Assembly: GCA_965217035.1 (NCBI GenBank) | Contig: OZ244226.1 | Location: 1,284,146-1,348,145, forward strand | Direction: 5' to 3' | DNA length: 64,000 nt | From: Bacteriovoracaceae bacterium | Lineage (GTDB): Bacteria > Bdellovibrionota > Bacteriovoracia > Bacteriovoracales > Bacteriovoracaceae | Shown: positions 57,357-64,000 of the stretch, piece by piece | How the letters are laid out: each line of letters begins with the position of its first letter | Numbering within the stretch: position 1 is the first letter of the stretch | Translations under genes and position numbers: made by a program | The notes under the pieces: model-generated | What the model saw: the letters and a program-made list of their open reading frames with translations, nothing else | What the model was told of the DNA's origin: nothing | Databases searched by the model: none

Positions 57357-58632
57357 ACTTAATCCATATGAAAACTTTTTCGTATCCTTTTGGAGCTTCG
57401 GCCCTATTTGTTTTACTGACATAAAGACGTGAAGAAGTATCCAATCCTACAACCTCTTCTAGAAAATCATTTAACTCAATATCCTTCACATAGAGATTAA
57501 AATAACTTCCTCCAGGTATTTCTTGTCCGAGGGCAACTTTTCCGAATTCCTTAGTTTTATATCGAAAAGTTATATCTTTAATTTTTTCTTTTAAACGTTT
57601 CATCTCTACAGAGTTTAGAATCACTCGATAAGTTTTTTTACGACCATAAACTTTATCGCGAAAACCACCCTTATCAATTTCTTCATAACGTGATTTTTGT
57701 TCCGAGATATATTTAAAATCTTTTGGAATATTTTCACTACTTAATACATAGACTTCTGATTCTGGCGTCTCTCTTTTTTCTCTAATGAAAGGCTTACTCT
57801 TGCTTTCTTTAATTTCTAGTTTTTCCATTTCATTTTTTTCAAGATTTATTTTGCTGGGCTTTTCTTCTTTTGCTTTAAAAGAAGATTCTTTATCAAGCCA
57901 GAAAAAACTTGGTTCGTAGATTTCAATTTTACTAGCAAGATAATTATTATAAAACTTGTTTCCAATCTTAAAAACACCAAGAGCAAATGCGATAGAGGTA
58001 AAAATAATAGCAAATTCATAGATAAAGTTCATTAAGACATTATCTTTATCCATTTCAATTTTTTTAGCCTTATTATGGTTTAAAGATCTTAATCTGTTCA
58101 AAGCCTTTTTCCATTCAGGATAAAAAGTGAAGTCGAGAGAGCTATGTACAGGATGTCTCATGCAAGATTCTTCAATTCTAAAAAACTGATCTTCTTTTTT
58201 ACAAAGATCCTTCAACGTTATGCTTTGATTTTTAAAAAGATGCTCTTCTGTTAGTAGTTCCTGATCAAGAGCAATATCGAGTTCTTTAAAATGAAGATAA
58301 ATCGTTTTTAAAAAACTGGAACTATCAAGTTCTAATAATTTTATAGCATGATAAAGAGGGAGCTTACCGGAAAGGCAGATGAAAATTAAATGCTTATCAA
58401 TAAACCACTGAAACCATCTTTTCAGAGGTTCATTAAATGTCTGATGAACGATCTTTTTTTTAAGTTGGTACTGATCGAGCGAATCAAGTTCTGTTAGAAA
58501 TAGCAGATAAAACTTCTCAAGTTCTTGCTGAACTCTTCCCCCCCATTGTCCTGAGAAATCTTTAAGATTCAACCAGTTAGTGAAATCTTCAAAATCTTGT
58601 CCTGTAAAGAGTTCTGACTCTTTCAGTTCCAT
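57349..58632 (-). CDS. Hypothetical protein with a central TM
   Basis: Long ORF with one TM; start placed at ATG 58632. Confidence 0.65.
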   Translation of the reverse strand: MELKESELFTGQDFEDFTNWLNLKDFSGQWGGRVQQELEKFYLLFLTELDSLDQYQLKKKIVHQTFNEPLKRWFQWFIDKHLIFICLSGKLPLYHAIKLLELDSSSFLKTIYLHFKELDIALDQELLTEEHLFKNQSITLKDLCKKEDQFFRIEESCMRHPVHSSLDFTFYPEWKKALNRLRSLNHNKAKKIEMDKDNVLMNFIYEFAIIFTSIAFALGVFKIGNKFYNNYLASKIEIYEPSFFWLDKESSFKAKEEKPSKINLEKNEMEKLEIKESKSKPFIREKRETPESEVYVLSSENIPKDFKYISEQKSRYEEIDKGGFRDKVYGRKKTYRVILNSVEMKRLKEKIKDITFRYKTKEFGKVALGQEIPGGSYFNLYVKDIELNDFLEEVVGLDTSSRLYVSKTNRAEAPKGYEKVFIWIKSI

Positions 58633-58746
58633 CCTTGCCCTCTTGTACCCACTGCAGCACGAACCGTAAAATAGTAGTAGCTGCCTATTAAAGGTAAAAC
58701 TATAGCCCATTTTAATCAGAGCTATACAAAAGAGAAAGGTTAAACC

Positions 58747-59166
58747 ATGTCTGTAGACAGATCGAGCATGCGACAGAACAGAATGAGATCAGAATTAGCT
58801 AGAGCTAATGCAAGAGAGGTCTCCAAGGAAAAACAAACACATGCTAAGTATATGGAAAAAATCAAACTCAAACATGAGAGAGAATCTGAGGAGCTCAAGC
58901 AAGATTATAGAATTCAATTAAGCCGAGAGAAATCTGATGGTGATGTTGCTCTTGAAAAACTAAGAGAACGGTATCAATCATTACTTAAATCTGAGGAACA
59001 TAGATATAACGAAGAGTTAGAAGAACTAAGAGCACGTAATGAATCTGTCTATAACGAATTAAGACAGAAACATGCACTTCAAATTGAAAAAGAAAATGAA
59101 AGACAAGATGCATATATGAGAGATCTTCAAGAGAGAATCGATCGAGAAGAACGAAGACACAGCTAA
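58747..59166 (+). CDS. Hypothetical coiled-coil protein
   Basis: E/R/K/Q-rich heptads; AAAGG SD. Confidence 0.65.
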   Translation: MSVDRSSMRQNRMRSELARANAREVSKEKQTHAKYMEKIKLKHERESEELKQDYRIQLSREKSDGDVALEKLRERYQSLLKSEEHRYNEELEELRARNESVYNELRQKHALQIEKENERQDAYMRDLQERIDREERRHS

Positions 59167-59179
59167 AAGGAAATTATAA

Positions 59180-59599
59180 ATGAAAAGAAATGAAAACGAG
59201 ATCTTTATCGATGGAAAAAACCAAGCGATTCAAATCCTTCAAAATCTCTCACAAGAAGAAAGAACTCGTTTAATTGAGGCTCTTCGTACCAAAAACCCAC
59301 TGATGGCCCAAGAACTTGAGGCAAAAAGTTATTCTTTCGTTGATTTACTCAATGCCGATGATACAACTTTACAGACGATCTTTGATTACGCCAGTGCTCC
59401 TGTCATTGGTATCAGTCTTTCCAATTTAGAAATTCACGATCAAAAAAGAATCCTTAGACTTTTAAAAAGAGAAAAGGCTGAGATGGCCTACAAAATTTTC
59501 AGAAGTCGACGAACCAGTTTACAAGAAGCTGAAAAAGCTCAGAGTAAAATTCTTCACATTGCTTCAGAACTTGTTGATCGTGGAATTGTTATTCTTTAA
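59180..59599 (+). CDS. Stand-alone FliG C-terminal-domain protein
   Basis: DG...AIQILQ...NPLMAQEL..KSYSFVDL...DD..LQ...EKAQSKI...L..RG. Confidence 0.7.
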   Translation: MKRNENEIFIDGKNQAIQILQNLSQEERTRLIEALRTKNPLMAQELEAKSYSFVDLLNADDTTLQTIFDYASAPVIGISLSNLEIHDQKRILRLLKREKAEMAYKIFRSRRTSLQEAEKAQSKILHIASELVDRGIVIL

Positions 59600-60182
59600 A
59601 ATCTTTCTTGTTAATATTTTTCCATATCAACGGAGTTAGTGTCCCCGCTAAAACCGTTTTTATAATCATTCCAGGAATAAAAGGATAAAAACCAAGGGCA
59701 AGTACTCTATCTAATGAAACGAAGAGACCGAGCCAAATAATTCCAAAAGTAAAAATTATAAAATGCCCTAAAAAAAATATTAAATATGAACTTAGGAATG
59801 TTCTATCTCTACATCGATCGCCATAAAACCCCATAAGTGAGGCAGCAACAATAAAGCCTATTATATAACCTCCAGTCGGTCCCATAAGAGCCTGCAAACC
59901 GTATTTACCTCCGGAAAAAACAGGAGCACCAAGCAATCCACTTCCAACATAGACAACACTAGAAAAAAAGGCTCTCTTCATACCAAAACTAGAGCCTATA
60001 ACAAGAATTCCTAAACTTTGAGCCGTTATAGGTATAGGAGTAAATGGTAAATAAAATGAGACTTTACTTAGGGTCATCATTATAATTGATCCGATTAAAA
60101 TAATGAGAACATCTTTTATATTCTTTTTTTCATCATCTTTTATAAAAAAATCAACAATATTCATTTCTGTTAATATCAGCAT
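59589..60182 (-). CDS. bioY: Biotin transporter BioY
   Basis: PFTPIPITAQ, GAPVFSGG, GPTGGYIIGF, PFIPG..IK. Confidence 0.93.
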   Translation of the reverse strand: MLILTEMNIVDFFIKDDEKKNIKDVLIILIGSIIMMTLSKVSFYLPFTPIPITAQSLGILVIGSSFGMKRAFFSSVVYVGSGLLGAPVFSGGKYGLQALMGPTGGYIIGFIVAASLMGFYGDRCRDRTFLSSYLIFFLGHFIIFTFGIIWLGLFVSLDRVLALGFYPFIPGMIIKTVLAGTLTPLIWKNINKKDFKE

Positions 60183-60689
60183 TTAATTCACTTTTCTAAA
60201 TCCATGCTTTAAAGCTTCATCATATATTTCATCTGGAGAAATACCCATTTCCCCTTTTCCTTGATGTTCTTTTCCCCATATATTCGAATCAAAACTCATA
60301 GGACTGGGTTGAAATTTAAGAATTTTGGCAACTAACTCAGAACAATAAATTTTTGAATCATCCCAGCTATATTTATCATCATAAGGAAGTCCATAATATT
60401 TTTGATAACTTGCGATAGGAATATTAAGAGATTTATTATCAAGAATTTCTACATCAAACTTTTTAAAAGCAATATCATCAAAGTTCTTGATCAATTCTAC
60501 CCCTTTTTTAGGGTAAGCATGAAGCCATCCCTTCTCTATCGAGATTGCAACATGAGAAAAAACCCCGTCTTTTTCCAACTGCAAAATCTTTCCATCAGGC
60601 TTATAAACTTTAAAAAAAGCTATTGCGACTTTACCTTGAACTGATTGAATGAAGAGTGATAAAACTAAAATAATTCTTGTGATTTTCAT
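60183..60689 (-). CDS. Secreted permuted papain-like NlpC/P60 (YiiX/YebB-like) amidase
   Basis: FSHVAI precedes YCSELV; ISPDEI; signal peptide. Confidence 0.85.
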   Translation of the reverse strand: MKITRIILVLSLFIQSVQGKVAIAFFKVYKPDGKILQLEKDGVFSHVAISIEKGWLHAYPKKGVELIKNFDDIAFKKFDVEILDNKSLNIPIASYQKYYGLPYDDKYSWDDSKIYCSELVAKILKFQPSPMSFDSNIWGKEHQGKGEMGISPDEIYDEALKHGFRKVN

Positions 60690-60740
60690 ATAGTACTTTT
60701 ATAACTGAGAAAATTCTTTTTCAATAAAAGATATTTTAAG

Positions 60741-60763
60741 AATAGTTTAAAGCTTAAACTATT
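60741..60763. promoter_or_regulatory. Perfect palindrome, probable MarR operator
   Basis: AATAGTTTAA-AGC-TTAAACTATT between divergent genes. Confidence 0.7.
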
Positions 60764-60779
60764 TAATGGATAAACAACC

Positions 60780-61186
60780 ATGAAAATTGAAAAATTCACA
60801 CAAGAGTCTCTTCTATTCTCTGTCACTCGTGCTGCTGAAAATATAAAAAGAAAGCTAAATATTTCTCTCAAGGAAGAAAATGTTAACTTTTATCAAGCTT
60901 ATATACAGAGAAAAAAAATGATCTTGAGCCAACAGACTTTGTCCATGTTTTAGGTATTTCCAAATCAGTTGTTAGTCAATCAATAACAAAATTAGAAGAA
61001 CTTAAATTGATAAGAAGGGCTTTTAATAATGATGATGCTCGTAGAATATCAATAATTCTAACGAACAAAGGAAGTAAAAAAGCAGCTATTTTAATGTCCA
61101 TCCTTCACAAATTGGACAAAGAGATAGAAAAGCCTTTTAAGAAGAATCATATTCTTGAAGCTGTAAAACTCCTAGGATTAATTTAG
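60780..61186 (+). pseudogene. Frameshifted MarR-family transcriptional regulator
   Basis: Frame 0 ATG 60780 stops at 60953 (57 aa); the -1 frame from about 60900 encodes LGISKSVVSQSITKLEELKLIRR...DDARRISIILTNKG to TAG 61186. Missed by the ORF track. Confidence 0.85.
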
Positions 61187-62052
61187 ATCGTTAAAATAGA
61201 ACCGTGAACGAGACCTTTCGTCGAAGTGAGCACGCTGCTAGCTCCCAAGATTTCCATGATACTTGCCATGATTTGAGTTCCGTAGGCAACAACTGGAGCC
61301 CTTTTTCCCAGGAATGGAAAATCCAAAAGAATATCTTCAGATGAACGGTTAATTAAGTTTTCAGCAATGGTACTCACTTCGTTTAATGTAAGTAATTTAT
61401 TGTTAACCTTGCTTTCATCAAATTCTTTTAGCTTTAAGTTCATTGCCGTTATAGAAGTTGCCGTTCCAGAAATTCCAATTATCTCTTCCGATTGATAAGC
61501 AGAAAGGTCGTAGCCTTTTAAAAATTCTTTTGCCGTCTGGTTTTTCTCTGAAAGAACTTTCAACTTTACTGATCCTAAAGGAATACTGATTGAGGAAATA
61601 ATTTCAAAGGGATCTCGACTAAAAAGAGTAAGCTCAGTAGAGGCTCCACCAATATCAATAAGCACATCAGATTGAGTATTTTCACCAAATTCAACCAGTC
61701 CTTTTGTACTTAAGTAGGCTTCTCTTTCTCCTGTTATAATTTCAACTTCAAGATTCAAATCTCTTGAAACTTGGGCATAAAAATCCTTAGAGTTTTTAGC
61801 CTTTCTAGAAGCTTCTGTTGCAGTAGCCTTGATATTACGAGACTCAACAAAGAGATCTTTGCAAACAGAAAGGCAATTTTTTAAAGCATCAATAGTATCC
61901 CTGATTGACTCCTCATCAAAATGACCATTCTTTGCAACTCCCCTTCCTAAACCTGTCACATATTGTTCTCTGAATAATTGTTTTCTGTTCTCGTCGATTA
62001 CTAAGAACTGAACACTATTAGAACCAATATCTATTGCTGCTTTATTTTTCAT
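61183..62052 (-). CDS. ppx: Ppx/GppA exopolyphosphatase, short form
   Basis: AIDIGSNS, ATEASR, IITGEREA, DIGGASTE, GISGT. Confidence 0.92.
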   Translation of the reverse strand: MKNKAAIDIGSNSVQFLVIDENRKQLFREQYVTGLGRGVAKNGHFDEESIRDTIDALKNCLSVCKDLFVESRNIKATATEASRKAKNSKDFYAQVSRDLNLEVEIITGEREAYLSTKGLVEFGENTQSDVLIDIGGASTELTLFSRDPFEIISSISIPLGSVKLKVLSEKNQTAKEFLKGYDLSAYQSEEIIGISGTATSITAMNLKLKEFDESKVNNKLLTLNEVSTIAENLINRSSEDILLDFPFLGKRAPVVAYGTQIMASIMEILGASSVLTSTKGLVHGSILTI

Positions 62053-63962
62053 TGAACAATCTTGAAATCTTCATCTTTTTCTAGTTTAAAACTGATTTGA
62101 TCACTTCCAAACTTATTAAGGATATATTTTTTTAATTTTTTCGAAGGTTTTTCAAACATTGTTGAAAAAGAATATTGCTTACTTCCTTGAATAAAATTTA
62201 ACTGACCTGATCTTTGATAGCGATTCTTTGTTGCAGGGCTATATTTCCAATTTATTTTTAAATCACCATTAATATTAGTCCCCATAAGAGATAATCTTTT
62301 AAATTTTTTCTCAATTAATAGTTTTGAAAAATTTTTATCACTTGCATCAATAATATTTTTATTTAAAAGTTCTAGTAGGTTGACCCATTCAAACTCTCCA
62401 TTTGTTATTGTCATATCAAATGCTTTTTCAATATTATCTTCCTCAAATTGTTGTGAAATTCTTCCTTTAGAAATAAGTCCTTTTAGGTTTATACCTGGAG
62501 CATCTAAAAGAGTTTCTAAAACTCTGGCCGGAGATTTTTTGAGGTCAAAATTATAATTCGTTTTATTTTCTGGATAAAAATAGATTAAACTTCCTTTAGC
62601 CTTCGCTGTTGATTCTTTCCTTAGAATTATGTCTTCAAAGGTTAAACCATCCAATGCAACCGTTCCCTCAGCCTTTAGGTTATAACTAATTTTATCGATA
62701 TCAATTTTTTTTACTATAATCTGAATTGGGAAACCAATATCTTCAACCCCTTGAATTATTTTAAAAAGGCCTGGAAGACGATTCTTTAGATCAGTTAGGT
62801 TATGCTTATTACTAAACTCTAAATATTCTTTCGTAAGCTTAACATTTTCAAGAGACTTGAGATTAAAAAGAAAGTCTTTAACCTCATATCTTAAATCGAT
62901 TCCTTGTTCATCAATAAACTTTAAATCCCAGAGATAGGAAAGAGCATTTCCTTTTTTTATTCTATGAGTAACCTGAATACAATCGCCAAGGTATGTGAGA
63001 TTCGGTTTCCAAATATCCTGCTCATAATGAAAAGATAATGTTCCATCGATATTAGTATTCTCAGACTTAGAACAGGTATAATACTTATCAATATAGAGAT
63101 GATCCTTTACTAATTTCTCTGTCGTAATAAAGTCATCTAAACGAATGACAAGTTTTTGTGAATCAGCAGATATAAGAATGTCACCTTTCGCATTATCACT
63201 TAGACCTGTTAATTTAAAAATATAGGACTCTGGAGCAGGACTCGTCATCACTTTAAAGGTTAAATCATTAAGGTAGCCTCTCGTTTCATTAAAATCTTTG
63301 AAGGTAAGATAAGATTCCATTTTAATATTTCGAGATTTTAAGAAATTTCCAAGGTCGATTTCTCCATACAGACGATAAGATCCATCTTGAACACCTCCAT
63401 CTATTTCAAAAGCTGTGTAATGAGACATATTTAAGTTCTTGAAAAAAACTTTTTCAAAAACTGTTTTTGAGTCTGAATCATTAATTTTTAACTGAAGATC
63501 AGTCGCCTTAAAAGAAACCTTATTCCGATCAATTAATTGAGGAAGATCAAGTTGTATAGTTGTTTCCTTTTCTTGATCAGCAAAAAAAACTGATTTTAGT
63601 TTTTTTGAATTTTTAAAATTAACTTGAAGTCCTTTAGTCTTTAATCGAATCTCTCGATTACCAAGAAAAGCTCCGACTGGGATATCTAAAGTTAACTCTG
63701 GTGCTTTTAATAAAATATTTCCACTCGTTTTCGATCTTACAGAAAAGTTCTCCATTCTGTAGCGTAACTTATTTGAAACTTTAAAATCTATATTAGAGAC
63801 TTCAAGCTCATAGTTTGGAAAATTTTTATTAAAATAATAACTGATTTTCGTAAAGAATTTCGCTTGGTTAAACTGAGAAATAACCCAAGCATAGAATGAA
63901 CCTAAAAAAAGAATTCCAAATGCTGTCAAAAAAGAAGCAAAGGTAAATGTTTTTTTATTCAT
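62049..63962 (-). CDS. Hypothetical membrane-anchored beta-rich protein, possibly AsmA-like
   Basis: N-terminal TM followed by a long beta-strand-rich region. Confidence 0.5.
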   Translation of the reverse strand: MNKKTFTFASFLTAFGILFLGSFYAWVISQFNQAKFFTKISYYFNKNFPNYELEVSNIDFKVSNKLRYRMENFSVRSKTSGNILLKAPELTLDIPVGAFLGNREIRLKTKGLQVNFKNSKKLKSVFFADQEKETTIQLDLPQLIDRNKVSFKATDLQLKINDSDSKTVFEKVFFKNLNMSHYTAFEIDGGVQDGSYRLYGEIDLGNFLKSRNIKMESYLTFKDFNETRGYLNDLTFKVMTSPAPESYIFKLTGLSDNAKGDILISADSQKLVIRLDDFITTEKLVKDHLYIDKYYTCSKSENTNIDGTLSFHYEQDIWKPNLTYLGDCIQVTHRIKKGNALSYLWDLKFIDEQGIDLRYEVKDFLFNLKSLENVKLTKEYLEFSNKHNLTDLKNRLPGLFKIIQGVEDIGFPIQIIVKKIDIDKISYNLKAEGTVALDGLTFEDIILRKESTAKAKGSLIYFYPENKTNYNFDLKKSPARVLETLLDAPGINLKGLISKGRISQQFEEDNIEKAFDMTITNGEFEWVNLLELLNKNIIDASDKNFSKLLIEKKFKRLSLMGTNINGDLKINWKYSPATKNRYQRSGQLNFIQGSKQYSFSTMFEKPSKKLKKYILNKFGSDQISFKLEKDEDFKIVQ

Positions 63963-64000
63963 AGCCCTAATAGTTTTTTCACTAATTCACTAGTGATTTT

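Noticed and set aside
60686..60871. 61-aa minus-strand ORF
   Set aside because: Overlaps the operator palindrome and the marR 5' half on the other strand; no recognisable features.

Overview
AT-rich bacterial chromosome segment with almost all genes on the minus strand. Gene content and order suggest Bdellovibrionota, probably Bacteriovoracaceae/Halobacteriovorax-like (inference, not a database result). Positions 1-29 kb are mostly housekeeping: leucine dehydrogenase, zapA-fau-rny, ftsY, epmA, rimO, nadBC, tig, truA, pssA, tsaB, rseP-cdsA-uppS-frr-pyrH-tsf-rpsB and dps. Positions 29.5-41 kb are accessory: two paralogous unknown secreted proteins flanking ftsK, a secreted protein with an Arg-rich 10-Cys ladder, a RoxA-like diheme cytochrome c, a stand-alone tRNA-Ala/tRNA-Ile pair and a beta-propeller-like protein. 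Positions 41-54.2 kb are one 14-gene respiratory operon: Rieske, split b6-type cytochrome b, octaheme cytochrome c, CtaA-CtaB fusion, A-type heme-copper oxidase with two subunit III genes, diheme lipoprotein and SCO. The oxidase subunit I has an intact D-channel but lacks the K-channel lysine. The end of the window holds a stand-alone FliG-C protein, a bioY/NlpC-P60/frameshifted marR islet with a perfect operator-like palindrome, and ppx. Other points of note: several apparently leaderless promoters, a Psd homologue without catalytic residues, no room for 6S RNA or dxr at their usual loci, and an unannotated 36-aa ORF plus an OxyR-like half-site before dps. No CRISPR array, rRNA, IS or prophage was seen. 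All calls come from reading motifs by eye; no searches were run.
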